A stretch of 64,000 nucleotides of DNA, from contig JAOZFH010000028.1 in assembly GCA_027491415.1 (NCBI GenBank), positions 12,465 to 76,464 on the forward strand, in the 5' to 3' direction. This DNA is from Thermoproteota archaeon. GTDB taxonomy: Archaea; Korarchaeota; Korarchaeia; Korarchaeales; Korarchaeaceae. Each line of letters begins with the position of its first letter. Position 1 is the first letter of the stretch. The notes beneath the pieces were generated by a model. It was not told the DNA's origin, searched no databases, and saw only the letters and a list, made by a program, of their open reading frames with translations. Shown here in pieces: positions 36,993 to 46,885 of this stretch. The translations under genes were made by a program, and so were the position numbers.

Positions 36993-37235
36993 GTCTCTCC
37001 CCCTCGTGATCCCTCAGCTCCGATATCAGGGTCTCCACAGCCTCCTCCCTCCCTCTCAGGATCCCCTTCATGGACCTCAGCCTCCCTCTCGCCATCTTAA
37101 CGCGCCTCCTCTCCTCGAGCAAGGTTATCATGGCTTCGTCAAAGCTGACCCTCCTGCCGGGCCTTACCTGTAGCTCGGATGCAAACTTCGGAAGCTCCCT
37201 CTTGGTCTTATCGCTGACTTAATGGTGGTAGGCAC
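36952..37235 (-). pseudogene. vapB: Decayed VapB-type antitoxin
   Basis: MPTTIK (frameshift) SDKTKRELPKFASELQVRPGRRVSFDEAMITLLE, overlapping the PIN remnant. Confidence 0.7.
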
Positions 37236-38430
37236 CTATAGAATCTACTGAAACTACAGCTTTTATAGAACAGCTTTTATAGATTAGATTGAGTTGGATT
37301 CGCGTCTGCTGGATTCGCTGGGGGCGGGCCACCTCAAGAATGGGTGCGGCCGCCGCGATGAGCGCGGCGGCGATCCACATGGCCGCGTTCATCCCCCAGA
37401 ACCCCGTTATGACGCCCCCTAACCCGTTTCCGAGCGCCTCGGATATGGACCCCATCGCCGATGTCACGGAGCTGGCCGCCGCCTTCTCATCCGGGGCGAG
37501 AGAGATCGCCAGCGCGTTCCTGGCCGAGTAGTGGAGGGCGAAGAGCGGGATCACCATTAGGGCGGCCAGGACCTTGAAGTCGCTGACCAGGGATCCGACG
37601 ACGAAGTAGAGCGCGTATAGGAGGCATGAGGCCGTGAAGGCCCTAATGCCGCCGATCCTGTCCACGATCCTCCCGTAGATGGGGCCCATGATCGCGCCTG
37701 TTAGGCCGGCCGCAGACACCAGAAGCCCCATGACCGCATCCGACCTGCTGGAGGCCTCGAACACCTTGAGGGAGAAGGCGACGTAGAACGTTGAGATGGC
37801 GGAACTCGCGAGCAGGAGAGAGGGCACGATCCTCCCCGTGTCCCCGGGCCACCTGAGGCCCAGCGCAGACCTGACGGCCCGGAGGAAATCCGGCCTCTCA
37901 AGCCTGCCTTCCTCGCGCACGGTAGCCAGGGCCGCGACGGCCAGGCTTGACAGGGCAGAGGCCATCAGGAGGGTTCTCCTGAGGCCCAGCCACTCGGTCA
38001 GGAGGCCCCCGATCAGAACTCCGACCGTGAAGCCCACCTCCATGGCCATGAAGTAGTCGCCGGCGGCCGCGCCTCCCGGGCTCCTGTCGGCTAGGAACGC
38101 TATGATCACGGGCTCCTCCGAGAGGAAGAAGTACCAGGCCACCACTATCGGCAGCCAGGAGGACGGTCCGGTCAGCGCGATCGCTAGGGGGAAGAGGGGG
38201 TTCAGCGCCGCGGCCGCGAGCATCAGCGGCTTCCTGGCCCCCATCTGATCGCTCAGCGACCCATATATCCTCGTCCCGAGGAAGTAGGCGAGGGCGGGGA
38301 CCCCCCTGATGAGCGCGTACTCCAGGACCGAGCCCCTCTCGTAGGTCTCAAACGCCACGTAGAGGAAGGTCATGCTCCAGCTCAGGTCCCTGAGGAAGGC
38401 CGCGATGAGCACCTTCCACCTGTCGGCCAA
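37219..38430 (-). CDS. MFS transporter
   Basis: Multi-TM protein with GSLSDQMGARK and GRIVDRIG. Likely TTG start at 38430; the C-terminus runs into the vapB promoter region. Confidence 0.85.
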   Translation of the reverse strand: MADRWKVLIAAFLRDLSWSMTFLYVAFETYERGSVLEYALIRGVPALAYFLGTRIYGSLSDQMGARKPLMLAAAALNPLFPLAIALTGPSSWLPIVVAWYFFLSEEPVIIAFLADRSPGGAAAGDYFMAMEVGFTVGVLIGGLLTEWLGLRRTLLMASALSSLAVAALATVREEGRLERPDFLRAVRSALGLRWPGDTGRIVPSLLLASSAISTFYVAFSLKVFEASSRSDAVMGLLVSAAGLTGAIMGPIYGRIVDRIGGIRAFTASCLLYALYFVVGSLVSDFKVLAALMVIPLFALHYSARNALAISLAPDEKAAASSVTSAMGSISEALGNGLGGVITGFWGMNAAMWIAAALIAAAAPILEVARPQRIQQTRIQLNLIYKSCSIKAVVSVDSIGAYHH

Positions 38431-38501
38431 GAGACCGCCCTCGACGCCCCGAGCGAGCCGATCATAAAAAGGAGAGAGGGCCCCCACCCCCCGGGAGTCC
38501 C

Positions 38502-39254
38502 GTGCGCGGTCACAGCGAGGTGTACAGTCACCCCCTCTACTACGACGTCGCCTTTGGCTGGGATCCGACGCTAGAGGTCGAGTTTTATCTGGAGGTCTTT
38601 GAGAGACACGCGGGGGGCGTTAGGACGGTGCTGGAGCTTGGGTGCGGCACCGGACGCCTCTTGACTGAAGTCGCTAGGGGGGGTCCCTACTCCGTGGGCC
38701 TCGACATCAACCCTGAGATGGCGAGATTCGCCGCGGGGAGGATCCGCCAGTCGGGGGCGCCGGCTGACGTGGTGAGGGCTGATATGACCGAGTTCAGCCT
38801 CACCGGAATCGATGCCGCCTTCTCGGCCGTCAACACGATCTCCGCTCTGCTCACCGACGAAGCGCTGATGTCCCACTATCTCTCCGTCTCGAGAGCCCTG
38901 AGGAGGGGAGGGGTGTACGTGGTTGACGCGTCGCTGAATCCCTCGCCCGGGGACCGGGAGGAGTGGGAGGAGGAGAGGGACGGACTGTCGGTGAGGGCCG
39001 TGTGGGAGGTCTTAGACGTCGTCACCGAGAGGCAGGTGCTGGACAGGCTGAAGCTCGTCGTGAACGAGCGTGAGAGGGTGTTCGAGCTCGTGGACGAGTC
39101 GCCGTCCCGCAGGCTATCCTTGGGAGACCTGTCAGAGTTGCCAAGGAGGTTCGGACTAGAGCCGGTTGCGTGGTACCTGTCTTTTGATCCCGAGGCTGAG
39201 GTGGGCGCTCCACCGGCGAGGGGGAGGGTGATCGCCGTTCTCAAGAAGGTGTAG
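38502..39254 (+). CDS. Class I SAM-dependent methyltransferase (copy 1, intact)
   Basis: VLELGCGTGR, GLDINPEM, RADMTEF and LRRGGVYVVD. Confidence 0.9.
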   Translation: MRGHSEVYSHPLYYDVAFGWDPTLEVEFYLEVFERHAGGVRTVLELGCGTGRLLTEVARGGPYSVGLDINPEMARFAAGRIRQSGAPADVVRADMTEFSLTGIDAAFSAVNTISALLTDEALMSHYLSVSRALRRGGVYVVDASLNPSPGDREEWEEERDGLSVRAVWEVLDVVTERQVLDRLKLVVNERERVFELVDESPSRRLSLGDLSELPRRFGLEPVAWYLSFDPEAEVGAPPARGRVIAVLKKV

Positions 39255-39545
39255 GTGGTTCCCTTAGGCGGACGTCATAGTTCGAGTTGGGCCCACCCCA
39301 AGGTAAAGTCTCCCTCCGCGGCGTCGGAGTTCAATCGCCAGGCGGGCTGGATTCTGAAGGCCCCAGGAGGGCTTCGACGAGTTCCAGGGGTCAGAACACT
39401 CGCGCGTCTTGGCTACTGGGCATAAAAAGAGAGTGAACCTGGATTGGGTGCGTAAGAACAAAATAATCGGAACGGGGCCGGAGCATCTTGGGCTATTTGA
39501 AATTTAATCAGACTATATAAAGACTAGAAAATTCTCGAAAAAAGC

Positions 39546-39553
39546 CTTATATA
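39546..39553 (+). promoter_or_regulatory. BRE/TATA promoter of the island operon
   Basis: GAAAAAGC followed by CTTATATA, about 26 nt before ATG at 39580 (leaderless spacing). Confidence 0.6.
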
Positions 39554-39579
39554 CTACAAACTCTGCCTAAGACTCCGAG

Positions 39580-39966
39580 ATGCGGCGAAAGAGTATCCGC
39601 GAAGTCTGTAAATGCATCATCCTGTCCGTTCTCATAACTTCGGTATCGCTGCTATTAGCGGTACCCTCGTCGTTTCAGCCACTATCTATACCCGTGTCGG
39701 ACGAGAACACCGATGTCGGATACTTCACTTGGGCGTGGGCCTATGTGTCGGCTAGCTACAATCCACGCACGAACACTTACTCGAATTGGTTCCACGACTA
39801 TGATTATGGTAGTGTAGTTAGCTGGGTGACAGCTCAAAGAGGAATCTATCAGACAGGGGATTCTCCATACGGGGGATTCACGCTAATATGCACGAACGCA
39901 GTCTTGCCTGATGGAAGCGTGAGGTATAACGGTGCGTGCGCGTACGCAGAAATAGGTTCTCCTTGA
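39580..39966 (+). CDS. Small secreted protein (signal peptide; aromatic-rich mature part with two Cys)
   Basis: Basic N-terminus and hydrophobic core (MRRKSIR...IILSVLITSVSLLLAVPS); W/Y-rich mature region. Confidence 0.7.
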   Translation: MRRKSIREVCKCIILSVLITSVSLLLAVPSSFQPLSIPVSDENTDVGYFTWAWAYVSASYNPRTNTYSNWFHDYDYGSVVSWVTAQRGIYQTGDSPYGGFTLICTNAVLPDGSVRYNGACAYAEIGSP

Positions 39967-39982
39967 CGCGAGGGGGCTGGAC

Positions 39983-41008
39983 ATGGATCTTAAGAACAAG
40001 AAGAGACCCTTTGCCCCCCCTCTTCCTTTTCTCTTAGCGGTGATCGTAAGTGGGTTCGCAGCCTCACATGCGCTCGCTCAAGAGCCCCTCCCGATACAGG
40101 AGATCAAGGTAGCATTTGGGGGAGCAGGGTCGTTCTGCCAGCTAGTGTTGGATGACGGGGGCGTTGTCAGCACGGCCTTCGGTGGATCTGTCCTTGGCAC
40201 TTACGGCTGGGAGCTGCTCGGATACGAGGGTCGGTTTGCGAGGCTGAGGGTCTGGCTGAGCGTCAATGCAACTAGAATGGAGTACAAGGGAAGGGAGTTC
40301 AGCGAGAGGGCCAGGAGCGGGGATCTCTCGTTTGTCAAGAGGGTAAAGATTAGCTCCCTCAAATACCTCTCGGCACGCGGAAATACCGTGATGATGGAGG
40401 GAAACTTCTCGATCTTTCATGAAGAGGAGGTGCTGCTGGACCCTGCAACCAATATGCTAGTCGATTCTGCGGGAGAGCCGTGGGGAAGGTTTCTCCTTTG
40501 GATAAATCCGGCCAGAGTTCCATTTAGCGGTTCAATTCGTGAGGTCGCCATAGTGAGGTGGCTTGGAAATGAGACCTTGGAGTGGAACGTGAGCAGGGAG
40601 ACTCTTCCCGAGCCCATCGATGTGCCTGGCCTCGTAGCGTCGCGAGTGATTCAAGCCACAGCGGAGATAGGCTTCGAGCATCCAGTAGCTGGGGCATACA
40701 TATCCTCCCTAGACGCCGTGTATGATGAGGGGACAGGAGCCTTCTTGGGCGCGCCAGCCGCTTACGCGGACGACTTCCTAACTCAGAAAGCTGGCGTGGT
40801 GCTCCTGCTGTGCGTTAACCTAGGAGGAGAGGGGCAGCAAAGGACTTTCGGGATAAGAGCGATCGAGGTTGTATCCCAACCACAGGTGGAGAGAACGAGC
40901 ACTTACCTTGACCCCTGGCTACTCCGCCAGGCCGCCTTGGCTGCCATCGCGGTGATCGCGGCTATATGCCTTCTCTTAGCGGCTGGGCGGTCGATGAGGA
41001 TTGGCTGA
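39983..41008 (+). CDS. Exported protein with C-terminal membrane anchor
   Basis: Signal peptide ending ALA-Q; C-terminal AALAAIAVIAAICLLLAA followed by basic residues. Confidence 0.7.
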   Translation: MDLKNKKRPFAPPLPFLLAVIVSGFAASHALAQEPLPIQEIKVAFGGAGSFCQLVLDDGGVVSTAFGGSVLGTYGWELLGYEGRFARLRVWLSVNATRMEYKGREFSERARSGDLSFVKRVKISSLKYLSARGNTVMMEGNFSIFHEEEVLLDPATNMLVDSAGEPWGRFLLWINPARVPFSGSIREVAIVRWLGNETLEWNVSRETLPEPIDVPGLVASRVIQATAEIGFEHPVAGAYISSLDAVYDEGTGAFLGAPAAYADDFLTQKAGVVLLLCVNLGGEGQQRTFGIRAIEVVSQPQVERTSTYLDPWLLRQAALAAIAVIAAICLLLAAGRSMRIG

Positions 41009-41912
41009 CAGGTTAGTAGTTGCAAGCAACCTGACGAAGTCCTTCGGCCGCACAAGGGCCTTGAAGTCCGTGAGTTTTGCGCTCGATCGCGGGATTCACA
41101 GCCTAATTGGGCCGAACGGCGCAGGCAAGACGACGCTCCTCAGAATCCTGGCTGGCCTATTGAGGCCGAATCGTGGAGAGGTCAGGGTACTGGGGTTAGA
41201 CCCCACGCACGAAGGAGAGAGGGTCTCGCTAATGCGGAGAGTTGGAATCGTTCACGAGAACCCTTCCTTCCCGCTTTGGGCTACTGGAAGGTCGCTGTTG
41301 GAGAGGGCCGCCAAGATGAAGGGAGTCTCTGACGTAGTAGGAGAGGTCAAGAGGGTCGCTGAACTGACCGGATGCTCAGAATACATAGGTAGGAAGACGG
41401 GAGAGTACTCGGCCGGAATGAAGCAGAGGCTCGAGATAGCTCTCGCGCTCATCGGAGACCCCGAACTTGTTTTGATGGATGAACCAACCTCTAATCTCGA
41501 TCCAATTGGTCGCTCACGTGTCTTGAGACTGATTTCCAGGCTTCACAGGAGTTCGGGGGTTAACTTCATAATATCGACTCACGCACTGAGCGGGTTAGAG
41601 CCCATTATTACAGAAATTCTCTTCCTTAGAGAGGGGCGACTAATACTCAGCGGTAGGTTCGACGAGTTGAAGGAGAGCTTGGGCAGGTGGGTGCTTTTGG
41701 TAAGCGAATCTGCCCGCCAGGAGCTTGAAGTTGGTTTCTCAGCTAGGCTTGCAGTCTCGAGGCCCGGGAGGTACGGAGTGATCTCAAGCGAGATTGTGGA
41801 ACTTCTGTCTTGGCTATGCGCACGGGCCGAGAGAGGAGAAGTCCCAGCGGGGGTTGAGCTGAGAGAATTGTCGTTGGATGAGCTTTTTGAAGTAGTAGTG
41901 AAGGGGGGATAA
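41001..41912 (+). CDS. ABC transporter ATP-binding protein (ABC-2 exporter type)
   Basis: GPNGAGKTT, YSAGMKQR, LMDEPT and ISTH. Confidence 0.92.
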   Translation: MADRLVVASNLTKSFGRTRALKSVSFALDRGIHSLIGPNGAGKTTLLRILAGLLRPNRGEVRVLGLDPTHEGERVSLMRRVGIVHENPSFPLWATGRSLLERAAKMKGVSDVVGEVKRVAELTGCSEYIGRKTGEYSAGMKQRLEIALALIGDPELVLMDEPTSNLDPIGRSRVLRLISRLHRSSGVNFIISTHALSGLEPIITEILFLREGRLILSGRFDELKESLGRWVLLVSESARQELEVGFSARLAVSRPGRYGVISSEIVELLSWLCARAERGEVPAGVELRELSLDELFEVVVKGG

Positions 41913-41915
41913 ATC

Positions 41916-42728
41916 ATGAAGGGCTCTCTCAGTCAGCTGATGTGGGAATTGAGAGGTCTCCTCAGGTTTCCGATACTTGAGGCTTACGTCGCGATACTAA
42001 CTCTTGCATCTTGTTGGCATGCCATGACAGGAGGGATACGCATTGGACTATCTTCACAGGTCTTCCTGAGGGAGATCTTCGAGTCGTCGCTAGTCCGGGC
42101 TTGCGCGTGTGCCGCCCTGTACGGATCGCTGACCTGGGGAATCCTCAATGCAACGCTAGTTTCATCCGCTGCCGCCATAGTCTTCGCCCGAGAGTGTGAG
42201 GGAGGGTACCTCAGATACTCGCTCTCCCTGCCCTTGAGCAGGGGATGTCTATTTGGGGTGAAGTTCTTAGCCATGTCAGCACTTTTGGTGCTGGCTCACT
42301 TGATCTCAATGCTCTTCTCGCTGCTGGCGTCCTGCCCATCTTACGCGCCTTCCTCCATCGTCTTTATCCTGAGGAACTTTCCCCTGTTCTTCGCTGGGTT
42401 TTTGGCCTCCTTAGCAGTTCCCACGGCCATAGCGACCCTAGTGGCTGTGGTCTCAAGGAACTCCATCGTGACACTAGTCTCAACAATGCTCCTAGATCAC
42501 GCGATTCGGACTATCTCCCTCCTGTTAGCCGCATCAAATCCTACCATCTCCCTGCTGGGATCCGGAGCCGCGTTAGCTGCCGCGGCTATGACAGTCAAGC
42601 CAGATTCTCCAGCCGCTCTCCTATTTGAGCAGATGACCTATCGGTCCTTAGCGCTCTCTATGGCCCTAGCGAGCCCTATGATTGTAGCAGCCTACAGCTA
42701 CTTCTCCAGAGTGCTCGAGGTGACCTAG
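41916..42728 (+). CDS. ABC-2 type permease
   Basis: Multi-TM protein with FARECEGGYLRYSLSLPLSRGCLFGVKF. Confidence 0.85.
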   Translation: MKGSLSQLMWELRGLLRFPILEAYVAILTLASCWHAMTGGIRIGLSSQVFLREIFESSLVRACACAALYGSLTWGILNATLVSSAAAIVFARECEGGYLRYSLSLPLSRGCLFGVKFLAMSALLVLAHLISMLFSLLASCPSYAPSSIVFILRNFPLFFAGFLASLAVPTAIATLVAVVSRNSIVTLVSTMLLDHAIRTISLLLAASNPTISLLGSGAALAAAAMTVKPDSPAALLFEQMTYRSLALSMALASPMIVAAYSYFSRVLEVT

Positions 42729-42729
42729 T

Positions 42730-43233
42730 GTGGAGCCTCTCGCGCGTAGAGCTATCACGATTTGGGCGGTAGCGTCTGCGGCGTGGCTTATAGCGCTCTT
42801 GGCGTCGTCAATTCAGCCTTTTTACCCGATGGAGCGGGGAAGCTTTAGGGTGTGGCCTAACGGCGTGGAGTACTCGCTGATATACCTCCCCGTCGAGAGG
42901 CAGGTGCGAATCAGACTATTTGCAGAGTCCACGCTGACGGGAACACTCGCAGTCCTCGATTTAAATGGTAATGAACTTAAATCATGCTCTGTGGCTGGCC
43001 CGACTATCTTGAGTTTTTCCCCTGAAAGGAGAGGAGGCTACGTCATTGCCCTGAAAAGTTCCTCTGATCGCGACGAGGCGTACTCCCTAGAAGTTGAGGT
43101 TCAGCCGGGTCTCCCACATTCCTCCCTAGAGAGGCCAGTCGTATCCTTGGCTATGTCAGCTCTTCTCCTAGTTCTCTTTAGACTTTGGTCAGATCGACGT
43201 TCGAGGTACCACGGGGGTGGCGCGAGTATCTAA
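42730..43233 (+). CDS. Hypothetical membrane protein (two TM helices flanking a beta-rich domain)
   Basis: Hydrophobic ends; translationally coupled to its neighbours. Confidence 0.6.
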   Translation: MEPLARRAITIWAVASAAWLIALLASSIQPFYPMERGSFRVWPNGVEYSLIYLPVERQVRIRLFAESTLTGTLAVLDLNGNELKSCSVAGPTILSFSPERRGGYVIALKSSSDRDEAYSLEVEVQPGLPHSSLERPVVSLAMSALLLVLFRLWSDRRSRYHGGGASI

Positions 43234-43992
43234 AGAACTACCGCAGAGCTTGAGTGGAGTGTACAGTCACCCGCTCTACTATGACATAGCCTTCGGGTGG
43301 GATCCGACTCGAGAAGCCGACTTTTACTGTGAGGTATTCAAGAGACACGCAGGAAGCGTGCGGAGAGTGTTGGAGCTGGGATGCGGCACTAGGGGGATAT
43401 TAATCGAGCTGGCCAAGAGGGGTTTCTACTGCGTTGGACTCGATATAAGCCCCGAGATGGCGAAATTCTGCGCGAGGAAGGCCCGGCGCCTTGGGGTACC
43501 AGTTGAGGTTCTCAGAGCAGATATGACCGACTTCCACATATCAGGATTCGACGCGGCATACTCGGCCATCAACAGGTATCCGCATTGCTCACAGACGAGA
43601 AGCTAGAGTTGCACTACTCTTGCGTTTCCAAGGCGCTGAGAACAGGGGGAGTCTACGTGATAGACGCGGCCCTGAACCCGTCGCCCGGAGACCGAGAGGA
43701 GTGGGAAGAGGAGAGAGACGGGATCACTGTGAGGGCAGAGAGGGAGGTCGTGAACCTGCTCCCAAGAGGGCGCGTGCTGGACAGGCTTAGGCTGGTCGTC
43801 AGAGAGCGAGGGAAGTCGTTCGAACTCCTCGACGAGTCGCCGTCTCGGAGGATGTCCCCAGCCGATCTGTCAGAGTTGCCAGGGAGGTTTGGGCTGGAAC
43901 CGGTCGCGTGGTACCTGTCCTTTGATCCCGAGGACGAGGTGAACTCGCCACCGGAGAGGGGAAGAGTGATCGCAGTTCTCAGAAGGGTGTGA
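43217..43992 (+). pseudogene. Class I SAM methyltransferase (copy 2), split by a one-base deletion near 43575
   Basis: ORFs 43217..43606 and 43585..43992 together align end to end with 38502..39254 (VYSHPLYYD.AFGWDPT; PSPGDREEWEEERDG; GLEPVAWYLSFDPE). Confidence 0.85.
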
Positions 43993-44341
43993 GCTTCGGG
44001 TCTGGAAGTCCAACACTTCCAGATTCACATTACCAACCTCTCAAAGTGCAAGAGGCATCCTTCTTGCGCTCGAGCGGCCGGGAGCTGGATCAACACCGCT
44101 CTCTCGCAAATCTACACTTGATTCCAAGGGTAGCTTAACCAGAGAGTGGCCTCAGACCGTCATGTGGGAAGGGTCCCTGACTCCTCCCAAAACGCCCGTA
44201 TTTGGTCCTGAGGTGCGAACGCTCAGGGGCCGCCAGCGTAGGGCTCTGGACTCCTGTTCACGACCTCCTCTGTGAACTGGAACACCGCCCTCCTGACCTG
44301 ACAGAACCTCCCACGACGCGCGTCACTTCAAACAGCGGCTC

Positions 44342-44755
44342 TCAGCTCACGAAAATGTCTACAAACTCCCAGGGTGTCAACACTCTAACTCCCTTTACCC
44401 AACCAAAGTGCCTCCTGTTGTGCGTGATTATGTCAGCCTTGAGGAGGACGGCCTGCGCCCCGACGATGTAGTCCCTGGCGTGGTGCCTGAAGGGCAGCCT
44501 CCTCCTGTTGTCGTAGGCCGCCTCCGCCGCCATCCTGGCTGCCTCCCTCGATATCGACGGGACCTCGGCCCTCAGCGCCTTGAGATCCTCCTCCAGATCC
44601 TCGGCGCTCAGCCCCGAGTAGATGTACCAGAGGGCCGTCTCAGCGTAGACCACGGGGCTGACGTAGACGCTGATTCGCTCAGAGTTCAACCTGAGCCACG
44701 CTAGGAAGGACCTCTCCCTGAAGGCGGTGCTGTCAAGCATTACTCTCGAGCTCAA
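44342..44755 (-). CDS. vapC: PIN-domain (VapC) toxin
   Basis: VMLDST, VSPVVYAE, ARDYIVGAQA and IITHNRRHF. Confidence 0.85.
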   Translation of the reverse strand: MSSRVMLDSTAFRERSFLAWLRLNSERISVYVSPVVYAETALWYIYSGLSAEDLEEDLKALRAEVPSISREAARMAAEAAYDNRRRLPFRHHARDYIVGAQAVLLKADIITHNRRHFGWVKGVRVLTPWEFVDIFVS

Positions 44756-45041
44756 CCCCCCACCTCCCCCTGAAGAGGGCCGGGGTCAGCCCGCTGGCCG
44801 CGGCCTGCTCAAGCCTACGCGACCTCTCCGCCCAGGCTGGGTCTTCAGACTCTACAAGGTTCCTGGCCCTCTCCAGCTCCCCTCTGATCTCAGGGCTCAC
44901 CTCGGGGGCGTGCTCTTCAATCAGGTCCCGCTCAAAGAGGTCTAGGAGCATCTCCAAGACTTTGTGCTGCGGTATGTCCAGAAGGGAGGCGAGCCTCTTG
45001 ACGCGCCTCCTCAGCTCGTCCGGCACCGTTATGGTTGACAT
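44733..45041 (-). CDS. vapB: VapB-type antitoxin (RHH-like)
   Basis: MSTITVPDELRRRVKRLASLL from ATG at 45041, downstream of TTTTATATTAA; overlaps vapC. Confidence 0.75.
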   Translation of the reverse strand: MSTITVPDELRRRVKRLASLLDIPQHKVLEMLLDLFERDLIEEHAPEVSPEIRGELERARNLVESEDPAWAERSRRLEQAAASGLTPALFRGRWGVELESNA

Positions 45042-45235
45042 TGAGCAATTATTCAGTTTGTTAATATAAAAAGAGGCGCTACGGACTGAAGTCGTGTCAT
45101 CCAGGCCCCCGAGCCGCCGGATGCTCGGGCTGGCAGCCATGTGCGAGGCAGGCCCCAGTCTGGCCGTCTCTAAATTCCCACCCGGAGTCCCCTCAAAATA
45201 AAACTGTGCCGGGCTAGCGGATCCGGAGCCCTCCC

Positions 45236-46138
45236 ATGAGCCCAATTGAGCTGGTAGTGCCGGTGTTCTCCCTCATAGCCGTCGGCTGGGTACTCTCCAG
45301 GATCGGACTCGCCGGAGACGCGTGGGTCTCTGCCCTGAACGACTACGCCTACTACGTGGCGTTTCCGGCCCTCATGCTCGCTAGCCTGGCGACTAGACCC
45401 CTCTCAGGTCTGGGGGCTATGATAGCCGTGAACGCGGTCTACCTTGTGGTCTCGATGGTCCTGGCCCTACTGGCCGCGAAGGCCCTCAGGCTAGACAGCT
45501 CCCTGGCCGCCACGCTGGTCTTCTCTGGAAGCTTCGGAAACGTCGTGTACATGGGATTCCCGCTGGCCGAGAGGGCCTTCGGAGAGGAGGGCCTGTTCCT
45601 GGCCGCCGGGATAGCCTCCACACACCTGGCCGTCATGCTCTCGGTAGGCCTCTCGCTGGCCCAGGTAGCATCGTCGGGGGAGGCGAACGCGCGGGACGCC
45701 GCGGTGAGGGTGGCCAGAGTTCCGCTGTTCTGGGCGGCCGCCGTGGGGCTAGCGCTCTCGACGCTCAACGTGCGCTTGCCGGAGCTGGTCCTCTACCCCC
45801 TGCAGGCGCTGGGTCGATCGGCCTCGCCCACCGCCCTGTTCGCCCTAGGGGCCTTCCTCCAGGCGCGGGGCATCGGAGAGGAGCTCTCCAGACCGGTGGT
45901 AGTCTCGGCCTACAAACTCCTCGCGCTCCCTGCCATCGCATACGCGACTGCGAGGGCCCTCGGTTTGGGCGGAGTTCAGCTGGGATGCACCCTGCTCCTG
46001 TCGGCCGCCCCGCTGGCCGTCACCAACTTCGTGGTGGCCGACAAGTTCGGGCTGGACGTGGAAACGGTCGCGTCGGCCATAGTCCTGTCGACCCTCGGAT
46101 CCGCCCTCACTTTGTCGATCCTGGCCGCCTTCCTGTGA
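45236..46138 (+). CDS. AEC-family transporter
   Basis: YYVAFPAL, FGNVVYMGFP, PTALFALG and IVLST. Confidence 0.88.
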   Translation: MSPIELVVPVFSLIAVGWVLSRIGLAGDAWVSALNDYAYYVAFPALMLASLATRPLSGLGAMIAVNAVYLVVSMVLALLAAKALRLDSSLAATLVFSGSFGNVVYMGFPLAERAFGEEGLFLAAGIASTHLAVMLSVGLSLAQVASSGEANARDAAVRVARVPLFWAAAVGLALSTLNVRLPELVLYPLQALGRSASPTALFALGAFLQARGIGEELSRPVVVSAYKLLALPAIAYATARALGLGGVQLGCTLLLSAAPLAVTNFVVADKFGLDVETVASAIVLSTLGSALTLSILAAFL

Positions 46139-46165
46139 CCCTCGCGGCCCTCGAGCCACGCGCGG

Positions 46166-46870
46166 CTAGCCTAGCACCGACTGGACGGCTCTGGGAACCT
46201 CCCCGAACTCTCGGATCACCGCGTCGGCGGCCCCGTGATCCGAGCCTGGGGGCCCAAGCAGTATGGCCCTCACCCCCGCGGACCTGGCCCCGATCACGTC
46301 GTCGACCAGCTCGTCTCCGACCATGACGGCCTCAGAGGGCTCTGCGCCTAGGGACTCCAGGGCGCGGCCGAATATCTCAGGGTGCGGCTTCCTGAGGCCC
46401 ACATCGTAGGAGGTAACCACCTCGTCGAAGTAGTCTAGGAGCCCGTGCATCCTGAGCTTCTCGACCACCATCGGCCCGTAGGTCACGTTCGAGACCACGG
46501 CCAGCCTGTATCTTCCGCTCAGCCCCCTGAGGGCCCGCTCGACTCCCCTCCTGATTCTCGTGAACTCCAGGTACGGCGCCGAGTAGGCCCTCAGGTGGGC
46601 CTCGGTGACCTCGGAGTCGACCCCGACGGTCCTGAGGAATGCGCGGATGTCCTCCTCGGCCGGGATCTCCACCAGCCTCGTTGTTCGCTCTACCCAAAGC
46701 GCGTCCCAGTGCCGCTCGTACTCGGCGACCGCCCTCTCCAGGACCTCAGACGTGGGCTCCACGCCCGAGGCCAGCAGGAGGCCCCTGACACGAGCCACCC
46801 TGAAGTCCCTGCGGGGCCTCGCGGGCTCTATTATGGTCCCCCACATGTCTACAAGGACGGCGCGACTCAT
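46166..46870 (-). CDS. HAD-family hydrolase
   Basis: VDMWGTI, VSN, KPHPEIF and MVGDELVDDVIGA. Confidence 0.88.
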   Translation of the reverse strand: MSRAVLVDMWGTIIEPARPRRDFRVARVRGLLLASGVEPTSEVLERAVAEYERHWDALWVERTTRLVEIPAEEDIRAFLRTVGVDSEVTEAHLRAYSAPYLEFTRIRRGVERALRGLSGRYRLAVVSNVTYGPMVVEKLRMHGLLDYFDEVVTSYDVGLRKPHPEIFGRALESLGAEPSEAVMVGDELVDDVIGARSAGVRAILLGPPGSDHGAADAVIREFGEVPRAVQSVLG

Positions 46871-46885
46871 TCCCTAGTCACCCGC

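Noticed and set aside
43560-43610. Methyltransferase split as a second BHB intron or programmed frameshift
   Set aside because: Alignment with copy 1 shows a one-base deletion, not an insertion; no BHB or slippery run is visible.
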